From: Rhizophagus irregularis
Lineage: Eukaryota
DNA length: 64,000 nt
Reading direction: 5' to 3'
NCBI RefSeq assembly: GCF_026210795.1
Contig: NC_089433.1
Location: forward strand, 4,092,001-4,156,000
A program made the translations under genes and the position numbers. Position 1 is the first letter of the stretch; the number at the start of each line of letters is the position of its first letter. The notes under the pieces were generated by a model. The model ran no database searches, was not told where the DNA came from, and saw only the letters and a list, made by a program, of their open reading frames with translations. Below, piece after piece: positions 14,992-29,329 of the stretch.

Positions 14992-16502
14992 ATGTCTGTT
15001 CAATTTTTTTCAAAATTAAGCCAAAACTATATTGGATTATTAAAAGACGATGAATATTATGACATAACGATTGAAGTGGGTAAAGATCCTAACGTAAAAA
15101 TATTTCGTGCTCATATGAATATTTTGTGTTACCGATCTCCATACTTGCGAAGAATTCTGGCTTCTAACAAAAATCGAAATAAGGAGAATATATTATCTCA
15201 TATTAAATTTTCAAATATATCATCGGAAAATTTTCAAATTATTTTAGAGTAAGTTATATATTTAAAATTTAGTATATTATAAATATTTATTTATTAAATT
15301 TTATAATCATATAGGTATATTTATGGTGGTATTCTTTCGTTGAATGGACAAGAAATTTTAGACATTATGAATATCTTGGTAGCTGCAGATGTGCTCCATC
15401 TTCAAGAACTTGTTGATTATTTACAAACATATTTAGTTGAAAATAATCCTGAGTGGATAGAACAACATTTCGGGTTTACTCAACAAATTGCTTCACGTTC
15501 TAATAATTTACTAGAACTCAAAGAATTTTGTACAAGATTAATGGCTAAATCTCCTGAAAAAATACTCAAATCAATCGATTTTACTTCACTTTCTGAAAAA
15601 TCTTTGATTTCACTTATTAAAAGAGATGATTTACAAATGAGAGAGGTTGAAGTATGGAAATATATATTAAAATGGGTCTCGCACAAAACCCCACACTTCT
15701 TCCTGATCCTAATATTTGGTCGTATGATGATTTTAAAACAATGAAGAATATTTTACAAAATTGTTTACCTTTGGTCAGATTTTTTAGTCTATCATCTAAA
15801 GAATTCTCACGTAAAGTCCGACCATATCAAAAGCTCTTAGACCATCAGCTCTATGAAAATTTGTTGAGTTATTATTTGGATCCTGAAATTGTTTCAACTC
15901 ACAAAATTTTACGTCCCAGAAAAACAGTCCTATTAGATAATGACACTCAGATTATTGAATCTCGAATTATTGATCTTAATATTGCTTCAACTATTTCAAA
16001 GTGGATTGATAAAATTGTTATTAATGATGATAATTTTAGAGAATTTTATTTACCATACAAATTTGAATTATTGTTGAGAGGTAGTAGAGATGGATTTACA
16101 CCTAAAAAATTTCACAAATTATGTGATAATGAATATAATACCATTACCTTTATTAAAGTAAAAGGAACAGAAGAAATTCTTGGTGGGTATAATCCATTAA
16201 AATGGGAATCTTCTAATTCTTGGGGTATAACTAAAGATAGCTTTATTTTTTCTTTTAAAAATAAGAATATTAAAGATGCAATTATTAGTAATGTAAATAA
16301 TATAAATCGTGCATTAAATTATGATCCTAGTCGAGGACCACAATTTGGCGTTGATATTGTATGTGGCACCTCCGATATGTCTACGTCTAAAGATTACAAT
16401 CACACTTACTGTAAAAAGAATTTTTATGAAAAAGCAATAAGAGATACTTCAGGTTATTTTACTATAGAAGATTACGAAGTATTTCAAATAATGAAGAGTT
16501 AG
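14992..16502 (+). pseudogene. Divergent BTB-BACK-TLDc copy 5 (intron 15249-15314), one frameshift
   Basis: TGGGTCTC at ~15673 lacks one G relative to paralogous TGG GGT/GGA CTT; otherwise open; may be an assembly error. Confidence 0.75.
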
Positions 16503-17285
16503 ATGTATTTTAAAGTATTGCTAGATTAAGTCTTTATAATAAATACATTTACATATATTTTACAATAAAATAAACTTCAGTTAACCATTATCAGTTATTT
16601 AACAGCTCATTAATGAATTTTCATAAAGTTTGTAATAAAGTTTGTGCTTTTAAAAACGTTGTACTAAATCTGACTAGTGCGAAAGTAAAATTGTTCTATA
16701 ATCTAGTAGTGTCTTAGCGACCTTGCATTATTCTTTTGATAAACTTTTGAAAGTGACTATATAAAGCTTTAATTAATAACTAACGATACAAGTTCTATTT
16801 TTTTTTGACAACCAACTATTCTTAAGTAAGACAATTTATATATTATCGTTCTCCATACTATTTACGATAGGCCTTGGTTTTAATAAAAAGGATAAGTAAC
16901 GTTATAACATGTATCAGGAGTTTTTCAAATTATTTTTAAGTACTGAAGAAATTCTTATCATCGAATATTCAGTAATTATAAAAATGAGAGTCATTTAATT
17001 CTTGAGTATAAATAAAAATGATTTTATTTTCTCTTTCAAAAATTAAAGATGTGATTTTATTATAAAAAAAAAAAAAGATGAGAGATATGATACTATTGAA
17101 TAATTTCGATAAAAATTATGAAGGTATTTAAATAAATATTCTAAATCTTTTGTTTGATAAATAAAAACAACTTAATTAAAAGAATAATCAAATTTTATAT
17201 CGACTTACTTTTTATAAATCTGAAATCTCTTTTTTAATCAACTAAAAATTTTATCATTGAAGTTTATCTAATTAATTATTATTTA

Positions 17286-17456
17286 CACTGGAAGTCTCGA
17301 TAACCGGAACTTCAATAAACCGGAACCTTCAAAGTTGAGCCGGGAACGGATTATCATAGTACAATAGATATATCGGATTAGTAATTTATTTTCGATATAT
17401 CGGATTTCTTGATATGTCGGATTTTTCTAAGGATTAGTTTATCGAGACTGTCTGTG
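17286..17456. mobile_element. Tc1/mariner-type MITE
   Basis: TA|CACTGGAAGTCTCGATAA ... TTATCGAGACTGTCTGTG|TA: imperfect 18-bp TIRs flanked by TA. Confidence 0.6.
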
Positions 17457-18657
17457 TAAAATAATTTATTATTGTAATCTATGTAATCCCTTGCTTCATA
17501 AATTTAAACAATTTATATTATTTGCATTATTTACATTATAGTAGAATTATTGTCTATTTTACGTGTCAACTTTCTTTTTTCGAAAATAAAAAAAATATAA
17601 TATATATTCAGGTTTCAAATAAGCCTTTTGATAATAAAAAATTTCTCTAGTATTCTCAAAAAAAAAGTGAGTTATTAAATTAATTTGAACTTTTAATATT
17701 GTTTGAATATTAATATAAAGAATTTTTCAGCGGTAAAGTATGAAAAAATTTTATCATATAAAAGATGTACAAGGGTATTTCAATTTATGAAATAATCGGT
17801 ATTAATACTTTAATAAAGATCTATGATAAACTTTTCCAGCTAAACGAAAAAAGGAAATATTGCTTGTCCCTTCATTAGTTCATTTTTGCTAAAGATTATT
17901 TTTTCATATTATAGATATATTTATAATTAACATTAAGATTACGAAAAAATGGTTTATAAAAACAAAAAAAATTGACATCTTTGTGTAAAAAATTTTATTT
18001 GTTTAATTATAGGTTTACATTTATATAAGATTATCATTTTTTTTTTAAAAAAAACAATGAATTTATATGATACAAAAAAATATTTTTAAATACTGAGCTG
18101 TTATCTTGGATTAAATAACTCAATAAGAAATTTCCCTACTTCCAAAGACGACCATTTTATTTAATTCATTATTTAGTATATTTGATAGTATTTTAAATCT
18201 ATTATATATAGTATAATCCATTTTGTATAATTATGTAATCTTTTTCTAGACTTAAATAATTAATAAAATGCTTTACTAATTTAAAAATATATGTATATAT
18301 ATAGTATAATCTTTTTAACTAATTCCATTAGTCTCCGTTAACGTTTACTTTGTTATTAATATCCATAAATAGTATACGAAATTGAAAGTTTAATTTAGTA
18401 TATATTGATATATATTTTTTCATTTAAGTTAAATGACGAAGCTTGAAAAAAATTCATGCGGTTATTTATAAATGATTAGCAACAATATGTGTTACGTCGT
18501 ATTTAAAAACTTAATTTTATTTTGGAAAGAATTTACATCAATGTTTTTCATATTGGTCACGATTGAATAGCTGTGTTACATGAGTAAAATATATAAATTT
18601 ACCCAATGATTAATGATTAATTGTATTTCTCTCCGGCATAAACTTGCATTTTAAGTT

Positions 18658-20171
18658 ATGTCAACACAATTTCTTTCAAAACTAAGCCAAAATTATATTG
18701 AAATATTGGCAGATGATGAATATTATGACGTCACAATTGAAATTGGCGAAGATCCTAATGTGAAAATTCTTCGTGCTCATATGAATATTTTGTGTTACCG
18801 TTCTCCATATTTACGACGAACTTTAGCGTCTAATAAAAAAAATAAAGCCAATATTTTGTCTCATATTAAATTACCAAATATATCACCTGAGGTCTTTCAA
18901 ATTATTTTAAAGTAAGTTTATAGGCAATAAATTAATATGTAATACCATAAATTTTCAAATATTCAAATAAGAAATTTAAATTTTTGTATAGGTATATTTA
19001 TGGTGGTATTCTCTCATTGAATGATCATGACACTTCAGAAAATTTCAAAATTTTATTGGCTGCGGATGAGCTGCTTCTTCAAGAGGTAGTTGATTATTTA
19101 CAGAAATATTTTATTGAGAATAAGTCTGAATGGATGGAACAACATTTTGAACTTGTTCATAGAACAAGCTTTCAATCAAATTCTTTGTTAGAACTTCAAC
19201 AATTTTGTACGAATTTTATGGCAAACTCTCCAGAGAAAATATTTAAGTCACTTGATTTCACATCACTTCCTGAAAAATCTTTAGTACAACTTATTAAAAG
19301 AGATGATTTACAAATGAAAGAAATTGAGGTTTGGGAACATATATTAAAATGGGGCCTTACACAAAACCCCACACTCCTTCCAGATCCTAATACTTGGTCG
19401 GACGATGATTTCAAAACAATGGAAAATACTTTACATAATTGTTTATCTTTAATCAGACTTTTTAGTTTATCATCTAAAGAGTTCTTGCAAAAAGTTCGTC
19501 CTTATAAAAAACTCTTAAAAGGTCAACTTTATGAAGATTTATTAAATTCTCATTTGGATCCTGATAGTGAACCAACCAATAATATTTCATTTCCTAGAAA
19601 TATTAAAAATGATAAAAGTATTGATTCAAAAATTATTAATAATTTAAATATTATTTCAACAATTTCAAGACGAATTGATAAAATGGTAATTAATAGCAAA
19701 TTTGATCATTTAAGAGATTTATATTTACCATATAAATTTCAATTATTGTTAAGAGGAAGTCGAGATGGATTTACTCCTAAAAAGTTTCATCAATTATGTA
19801 ATAATATACTTTATACTGTTACATTTATTAAAGTAAAAGGAACGGAAGAAATTCTTGGTGGATATAATCCTTTGAAATGGGAATCTTCTGGTGGTTATAA
19901 TAAGGCTAAAGATAGTTTTATTTTTTCTTTTAAGAATAATAATACTAAAGATGTAATTATTAGTAATATAGAAAATACAGAATATGCATTTTTTAATGAC
20001 CCTATTATTGGTCCATATTTTGGAGAAGACCTTATTATACATTCATATCAAGAATCTAAAGGTTATAGTCAAATATGTTGTAAAAAGAGTCATTATGAAA
20101 AAAAGATAAGAGATACCGAGGATCAATTTTCTATAGATGATTATGAAGTATTTCAGATCACAAAAAGATAA
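18658..20171 (+). CDS. BTB/POZ-BACK-TLDc protein, copy 6 (intron 18912-18991)
   Basis: Same motifs and intron; open frame. Confidence 0.9.
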
Positions 20172-21311
20172 AAAAAAATAAATATACAATATTTATTTTA
20201 CTTGAAATGTATAGTTTAATTTAGAAATATTCAAATTTTAGGATTTATACACGTTATTCTCATACAAATTCTTCAATAAAATTTTGAATATTACCTAAGT
20301 TGTTGTTTTATTTATGTTTTTATAAATTTAATTATTTTCGATAAATTAGTATTTAATTATTTTCAAATTTCATTTCATTAATTTTATCCCAGATCCTTAG
20401 TTTAATACGACATAATACGTACAATTTAGCTTCAAATAAATGTATTTTAATTATATTTTAATTTATTGTATTGCTAATCACCTCTCTGTTCCGGTACAAA
20501 TGAAGAATGGGAGAGCGTAACAGCATGACAAATTTTATTCTCCAATGCAACGATTAACATTAACTTTGAGTAACTTTTCTTTCAATCACCTAATCCTTTA
20601 CATTTAGGAAATGCGTGAAATACCAATAATTGTTCAATACAACTAAACTTAATAAGCCATAGTACTAACTATTGTATCAATTTTAATATCTCCTTCTAAT
20701 GAGTAAAAAATAAATTTCACAAACTTTATTAGCCTTACGTATAAATTCTTTAGTTGCTTAAAGTTTTCATCGATTTTAAAAAGCTAGTTTATATGCATCA
20801 AATAAAAACAAAATATCGAGAATGAGCATTAGTAACTTACAAATTTTAGTGAATACTCCATATAAACATATTTATTACTAAAAAATGATCGAATGATCAA
20901 ACCGTTAACTAAGACTAGTATCGATGCTACCGATAATATTAAAAATCTACGATATTAAGCAGTTATTAAATTTTTACTCATTTGACAAAAACCGAAAATA
21001 TGACTCTTCTTTTTTATTATTGATTCTCATGGCTTAATACTGTTAATAAATGTTGTTTATTTGTTTATTTTTTTATATTAGTGAAGATTTTGATTTTTTT
21101 TTATTGTCTATTGCATAGTGTATCATAATAATAAATGATTATCGACAAACTATGACGTAATGAAAACTTAAAATTTTAATTTGGAAACAATCTGCATCAA
21201 TATTTATATTTGAAATAAATTAAATAAATTAAAATAAATTATTTAAACTTTAAACTTTTGTAGTTTTATGCACTTTCTCCCACATTAAACTAATTTTTTT
21301 TTTACTAAAAT

Positions 21312-22836
21312 ATGTCAACGCAATTTCTTTCAAAGTTAAGTCAAAACTATATTGAATTATTAGATGATGATGAATATTATGATATTACAATTGAAGTTGG
21401 CGAAGATCCTAATGTAAAAATCTTTCGTGCGCACACGAGCATTTTGTGTTACCGATCTCCATACTTACGAAGAATTTTAGCTTCTAACAAAAATCGAAAT
21501 AAGCCGGAGAATATTTTAGCTCATATTGAATTATCAAATATTTCGCCCGAAGTCTTTCAAATTATTTTAAAGTAAGTTTATATACAATTAACCTTTTATG
21601 AAATATCATAGACTCAAAATTTTTAAATTCGAACTTTAAATTTTTTTGTATAGGTATATTTATGGTGGTATTCTTTCATTAAATGATCAAGACACTTCAG
21701 AGATTTTCAATACTTTATTGGCTGCGAGTGAGCTTCTTTTTCAAGAGATAGTTGATTATTTGCAGAAATATTTTATTGAGAGTAAATCTGAATGGATGGA
21801 ACAACATTTTGAACTTGTTCATAGAACAAGCTTTCAATCAAATTCTTTGTTGGAACTTCAACAATTTTGTACGAATTTTATGGCAAACTCTCCAGAAAAT
21901 ATATTTAAATCACTTGATTTCACATCACTTCCTGAAAAATCTTTAGTACAACTTATTAAAAACGATGATTTACAAATGAAAGAAATCGAAGTTTGGGAGC
22001 ATGTGTTAAAATGGGGTCTTGCCCAAAATCCCACGATTCTTCCAGATCCTAATACTTGGTCAGATGACGATTTCAAAACAATGGAAAATACTTTACAACA
22101 TTGTTTACCCTTGGTTAGATTTTTTAGTTTATCATCAAAAGAGTTCTTACAAAAAGTTCGTCCTTATAAAAAACTCTTAAAAGGTCAACTTTATGAAGAT
22201 TTATTAAATTCTCATTTGAATCCTGATAGTGAACCAATCAATAATATTTCACTTCCTAGAAATATTAAAAATGATGAAATCATTGATTCAAAAATTGTTA
22301 ATAATTTAAGTATTATCTCAACAATTTCAAGACGGATTGATAAAATGGTAATTAATAATAAATTTGATCATTTAAGAGAATTATATTTACCATATAAATT
22401 TCAATTATTGTTAAGAGGAAGTCGAGATGGATTTACTCCTAATAAGTTTCATGAATTATGTAATGATATACTTTATACTGTTACATTTATTAAAGTGAAA
22501 GAAACAGAAGAAATTCTTGGCGGATATAATCCTTTAAAATGGGAATCTTCTGGTGGTTGGTGTAAAACTAAGGATAGTTTTATTTTTTCTTTTAAGATTG
22601 ATAATATTAAAGATTCAATTATTAGTAATATAGAAAATACAGAATATGCATTTTATAATGGTTCTTATGTTGGTCCTTATTTTGGAAAAGACCTTATTAT
22701 ATATTCAAGTTCTAGTGATTTTGAAGATTATAGTCATAGATATTGTAGAAAGAATTATTATGAAAAAATAATAAGAGATACCGAAGATCTATTTTCTATA
22801 GAAGATTATGAAGTATTTCAAATCACAAAAATTTAA
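21312..22836 (+). CDS. BTB/POZ-BACK-TLDc protein, copy 7 (intron 21572-21653)
   Basis: Same motifs and intron; open frame. Confidence 0.9.
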
Positions 22837-23122
22837 ACATACAATATCTTTATTACATTGGATGAAATGTATTAATTTTATTTGAAACATAATATTTTAG
22901 AAATATTCAAAATACTAAGATCATATATTATTTTCATTTCATTAATTTTATCTCAGTTCCTTAGTCTAATTGTCTCTCATAATACAAGCTATTTAACTTC
23001 AAATAAAAGTATTTTAGTGATTTTCTTATATACTTTAATTTAAAGTATTGCCAGCTCACCTCTCTGTCATTGTATATATATGAAGAACGGGAGGGCGTGG
23101 CAGCGGGGCTCTCCAACACAAC

Positions 23123-23321
23123 CCCTATAAAAAATTTTTATCCGAATATTTCCATTATTTCTCCGTGTCTTCCGTAAAAATTCCGTGAAAATGATACATT
23201 CACGGATATCCGTGTTAGCGAGATGAAAATTTCCATAATTTAAGGCTATAAATTCCATTAAAATGATACATTCACGGAAAAAATATGGAAAGATAAAACA
23301 CGGATCAGATTTTTTACAGGG
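23123..23321. mobile_element. MITE with CCC...GGG ends and 3-bp TSD (CMC/EnSpm-like)
   Basis: TIR CCCTATAAAAAAT / ATTTTTTACAGGG, flanked by AAC on both sides; absent from the paralogous region at ~20550; internal CCGTG/CACGG motifs. Confidence 0.65.
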
Positions 23322-25125
23322 AACGGTCAACATAACTTTGGGTTGACTATAACCTTTTGCTTTATATTTATTCAGTTCTTTATTTTTTAGTGTATGCTTT
23401 GAATATCAATAATTGTTAAACACAATTAAATTTAATAAGCCATGACTGGGAATAATGTTCACTAAATTTCACAAACTTTTGGCTTTACGTATAAATTTCT
23501 TAGTCACTTAAAGTTTTTCATCGATTTTAAGAAGTTAGTTTATAAAATAATAAATATATTTAATAAAACCAAAATATCGAGAATAAACATTAGTAACTTG
23601 GAAATTACTTTATATATAAAGCATATTTATCACTAAAAAATGATCGATGATCAAATATTTTTCCACTGGTAACTAAATAACTAGTCATCTAATATAGAAG
23701 ACTAATATCGATACTATCGATAATATTAAGATTTATGATAACTATTAGACAGTTATTAAATTTGATAAAAACTGAAAATATGACTCTTCTTCTTAATACC
23801 GCTTATAAAAAAAATAAATCATAAAAAGTTGTTTATTTTTTAATATTAGAAAGGATTTTGAATTTTAATTTTTTTTTTTTTGAGGAAACTTAACCTAGAC
23901 GTTAGTTAACCTGAACAGAACCCTGAACCATACTAATATAGGTGATATCCAGCAAAAAAAATTAATATTAGCTGTACGCAACTATGGTAAGTACGCATTT
24001 ATAACTCCTTATTCCTAAAATTTTTATAAAATATGCATTTTTAATCCTCTAACTTTAAATTAATTTAAAATTTAATCGATTATTTATTCATTACTTTCAT
24101 TAACAACCTGTATTGTATACATCTCATCTAAACTCTCAATATTTTCTTTCGTAGCTGGCTTGAAAAAACTTCATATTTGCGATTTAATTTAATGTTTTTT
24201 CCACATATACAGTACATACTATTTTTTGCATGAACAACATGGGCAACATATTTTCTTAGAATATTTTCAACGAAACATTTTGTAGAATTTTTCAAAAAAA
24301 AAAAAGATTTATTTTTTTTGATTATCGTGGTATGCGTAACAGACTTCCATTTCTAAAAAAGGAAATTTATCTCCAAAAAATATATAAAATGAGCAAACCC
24401 AATATTTTACTATTAAAATTATGCAAAGTTAAAATCTAACTAGTATATTGAAATTTTTAACCAATTATACGCATTTTTAAATTCTAACTAAATAAAGGCT
24501 ACTAAGGTTGCGACGCCCACCCATATCAGTATAGTTCGGAGTCCTATAAAGACCTTGTGTAGAACTATTATAAAATTTTTGACCTTTCTTGTTACCTATA
24601 AATGTTCCTGGTTTTATCCCCAAAAAGACTTCAAGGATAGATCAAACGAATACAAGATCCGAAACTAGCTATTTATAAAGCATATGATACCATTTTAGGA
24701 TTTGATCGTCATGGACTTGTTTGCATAAAAACTTTGTATTCCGGGTGTGTTTCAAAACATGCATGTGCCGTAAATTATTTTCTAAACAATGAGTAACTTT
24801 GATACATGCATTATATTGTGTACCAAAAGTAAACTTTCTATTTGGATTTTAACGAGAACAATTAATAACATAATGCATAATGCACTTGCCACTGTAGTTT
24901 TTTGGAAATTATAGCGAGAACAATCAACAAAGTACGTAAAAGAATCGAATTAACTTAGATAATATTGATAAATGATGGGTTTTGAGTTCCTTATAAATTA
25001 ACCATAAAAAATTAATGCAACAGGAAGAAATAAAATATCAAAAAAAAGACAAAAATATACTCTCTATTCTTGTTTCACACAACCTAGAAGTATAAAAATA
25101 TTAGTAAAAAACTAAAAAATATAAT

Positions 25126-26317
25126 ATGGATCATAAATTGTATGAGATTTTCAATGGCATACCCGGCTTGTTCGCTATCGCTGTGTAACTATCATAATTC
25201 TTATATTCATCGTACGAATTTTTCAATTTCCACACCTCCGCCGACAAATTTTCGTCGCTGACAATACTCTAAGCGCCCACACAAGAATATTTAAGATAAT
25301 CGTTTTCTTGCTTCTAACTGCTGGCTTGATAGGAGTTATAGTATATAATATCTATAAAATGATCCATGATCCTCCCAAGTTTTCTTTGACGGTAGAATTG
25401 AACAAAAGTCCACCATCTATACTTGTCTGTTTAATACATAATGGACCAACACTTGTTACGGCCAAATATTATACCAATTTTAATAACTATATTAATAAAG
25501 TTGAGCTACCTGATGATTTAGTTGGTGACTTTAGTGATCTTATAGGGAGTAATGGCAAGTGCAGGTTTTTTAACGGTACATCATCTTCATCGTCAAAGCT
25601 GAGGGGTAACGCTGGAGGATTTTATGTCTTAGGTTTTGGTCAAGATGAAAATGCTAGTGGCATAAGCAGTATAGTTGGTGATAGTGATCGTGGTGCTTTT
25701 GTCTTCATTGGTGACACCAACAATGAAATGGACTGGACCCAACCTATATTCCTCAGGGAAACAAATTTAGTAATATAGGATTTCTATTTTTCAATGGTGT
25801 GGGTGGCTTATTCCAATATGCAGAAACTCACCATAAAGCTTTGAATGGAAGCTCTTATCGAAATTTTCAGCTATCTTCCGTAGGAACATTTGGTTTCATA
25901 GATTACTCTCGACCGGCAGCAGCATATGATGTCGGGATCATCGCACCCGAGAACATTGTAGCGCAGGTTGAAAATCCATCCCTCACTATAGCTGTCCTTC
26001 TTACTAATATCGGCGGTTATCTTGGTATTTGGGGAATTTTCGGCTTTCTCTTTGGTGAAAAAAAGGTGGATCCATTCGGGTTCATGTCACGTTTTATATT
26101 CATAAAGCAGGATAGGAAGAAACTTTTTGAGGAATTGGAGAAAATTAATGGTGAAAGAAGCACAAAGTTAAATATCTCGAAAGAAGAAGAAAAGGGTAGT
26201 GATAGTGTTACTAAAACGAGTAAAATAAGCAATCAAACTGAATTCAAGAACTTACTTGCAAAATACTATGTAGAAACGGATTTCTACGAACATGCTGTCG
26301 AGACGCCTGACGTGTAA
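25126..26317 (+). pseudogene. Membrane protein with large loop and ENaC/DEG-like GGxLG pre-TM motif; two frameshifts
   Basis: ATG 25126; hydrophobic N-terminal segments; C-terminal LLTNIGGYLGIWGIFGFLFG..DPFG; single-base shifts near 25185 and 25748 join the pieces. Confidence 0.55.
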
Positions 26318-28789
26318 TTATATGTTGATATAACACTAAGGTATAATAGATGCTTTTTAATTATTTAATATATCAAGCTTGTAATAATATATTACTATAA
26401 ATAATCATGTAAAATAAAACGTAACGCATACGATCGATAATAAAATAATAGGACAAACTTTTTAACGGTTCAAATCATTCTCATGTTATCTGCTGTTTTT
26501 ATCTATTATATCCTCTCCTATTGTTTCTTGTTTTCATTAACATAAAAGTATGGATAATTTTCGGGTGAATTCATAATTTATATGATAGAATCTGTAAGTG
26601 ATAAGTGATATATGAGTTGTTCGTTCCACTAATCATATGAAATTTCGCTAAATATCCTCAGTATCATCAATCAACAAACTTCTTCTTCCATGTGACCTTG
26701 GCGTACCGTTTTTTGGCTTATGTTTACATTGATATATATTACATTATTTTGTAATATATACAGTACATTTTACATCATTCGTTCCGGAAAGAAATTTTTT
26801 CCTCAAAATGACTTGTTTTCTTTGCAATCAAAAGAACGGAAAATATGATATTAGTGAGTAGTAACTAGTATGTAAATTTACTATATAAGACAAAATACGA
26901 TTTTATTATTTGCCAATAATTAAAAAACTGTTACACTTGTAATGGTTGTATTGAAATTACTATTTTTGAATTCATTGGCCTCTTCTTCAAGACCGGATCT
27001 TTTTTTTAATATATTATTTTTTTTGGTTTTTAAATCAAAATTTTAATAATTTTTCTTTCCATTTTTTTTTTTTTAAAAACTGAATTTTTAATACTTTTCA
27101 TTCCAGTTTTTTTCTCTTTATAATAATCTATAATAATATTTTTTTATGTAATATTTTATTTACTATTTATTTTTATACATTTTTTTTATTATCATATATC
27201 TTTATATTGGCCATATTTAGATTACCCCGTATAAATAATTTAAATTGTGTAACATTAAAAAGTGTGATATTCTTACGTCCGAGTCGTCCGATTTATTTCG
27301 TATTTATCATAAAATCTTAATTTTTTAACTGGATTTTTTTTATTCTAATGGATTTTAATACTAACAAAAAAAAATTTAATTTTTCTTATTGCCACAACTA
27401 ACCATTTCTATTAGATAAACAATAATAATTTTTTTATTTTTCAGTTTTTACCGTAAAAACTGAAACTACCTTTTTAGTCCTTTTTTTTATTGATTTTTTT
27501 TATGATTTTTTTTTTTAATCAGAATTTATCAAAATTTTCGGAATTTTTTTTTTTTAACCCAAAAAATATTGTTTATTCTTTTTTTGGTTTGGGTCAAGAC
27601 TATAATCGGATTAGAACTATGTCCTACGGCTTTTTCGATATTTAGTGGGATTTTTTTAGTTTATGATATTGTTTCTTACTAATTCGCGAGAAAATTTTTT
27701 TTTTAGTGAGAATTTTTTTGATTTAGTGAGAACTTTTTTTGTTTATTGAGATTGTTTTTTTCAATATTATTTCCGACTAATAAATTTGAGTGAAATTTTT
27801 TTTTTTTTGATATTAAGGATTTTTTTTTAGCGAGATTGTTTTTAATTATATAGATACATAACAATATTAATAATTTTGTAATTAAATCTATAATAAATTT
27901 TTTGATAAATCTATATAACAAAAAAATTTGTCTGGCGTTTGGCAAAATAATTTGAATTGTGTAACTTGAAATCCCATGCCATATAATTAAAATCCGTGAC
28001 ATGCCTGACATGCCTCGCATGCCTCTGCCTGATCTATTTATTCGATCCGTTGTACATTTCAATCAACTAATACAATTTCAAGTTAATGAAATTTTATCTT
28101 AATCAGAATTTTTTTTTTTTTGATTATTAATTTTAAATTTTTCGTTTTTTTTCAAACCGAAAAATTTGTTTTTTTATTATTCTTTTCCCGTTTTATAAGT
28201 TTAATTTTTTTTTCCAACTTTTTTTTATTAAATAATCCTATTATTATTTCGGTCTTTTAAGACCGATTTTTTTATCTTATTTTTTTCGATCTTTTTTTCT
28301 AGACTGTATTGTTATTTGTTTTTTTTAAAAATTTTTTTTTTCACTGTTTTTGGACCGAATTATTGTCAGAATTTTTTTTGGTACTTACTTTTTTTCAGAT
28401 TCCTTTTTTTTCAGAAATTTCCCTTTTTTGAACCGATTTCTTTCTTTATCCTTTTTCTTTCCCCCTAATTTTTTTTCTTTTTCTTTCAATTTTTTCTTAT
28501 TATTAAATAAAGAAATAAAATATTATTTACAAATCAATATAACATTTAAGAAAATTGACCGACGTTGATAGAAAGATGATTAAGATTTTCAATTAAATTG
28601 AACGCTGGATAAATAGTTTGATTTTTAAATTCAAAAAAAATTGATATTTTTACAATATTATATAATTAATTAATTAAAGAAATTGTTGATTTAATAATAA
28701 ACTACATTACAGAAACAGGTTAAATAGCGGCTTTGTGGCCACTACACATCTACTATATATATATTAAAAAGTAGTAGGCGTACCGCTAT

Positions 28790-29080
28790 TTTATAGTAAA
28801 TATAGTGTAGTGATGCAGTACTTCCATAGTTAGTATATAGAAAATTAGTATAAATGTAAATTTACCATAATGTAAACATATAGTAGCGATGTAACAAATT
28901 AACATAAATGTATGGTAATTATAAGTTCTAATAAAAGTAATTGTGCAGTAAATACAACTTTTATTTGTAGTAATTATGTAGTAAAATATAGTACATTTGC
29001 AGTAAGTATAGTACATTTGTGGTAAACATATAGTACATTTATGGTAAATATATAGTACATTTGCATTAAATATATACTCA
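28790..29080. repeat. Degenerate ~20-22-bp minisatellite (ATATAGTACATTTGYRGTAA)
   Basis: Clear tandem copies at 28981-29075, degenerate copies upstream. Confidence 0.65.
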
Positions 29081-29329
29081 ATTGTAGCAATTAAATAATT
29101 TTATCCTCAAATATAAGTAGTTCCGAGCGATAGCTCTTCCAATAATCACATGATGTGTTTTTACGACATACCAAAAAAATTATGAATTAAACACTGACAA
29201 CATTAAGCAAACCTTCAAGGATAAATTGCGCTTCAATCCTTTATGTTTCGAATTTTCAAATCGAAAATCGAAACTTACCATATCAGCATATCCAAGTCCC
29301 AAAGTCGAAAACCGATATCTACAAAAAAA

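Noticed and set aside
16830..16945. A tenth BTB gene
   Set aside because: Only a short decayed resemblance to exon 1 (TATCGTTCTCCATAC...TTTCAAATTATTTT), with no frame or exon 2
6654..22076. Recurrent minus-strand 68-93-aa ORFs inside BTB genes
   Set aside because: Antisense shadows repeated only because the sense genes are paralogous
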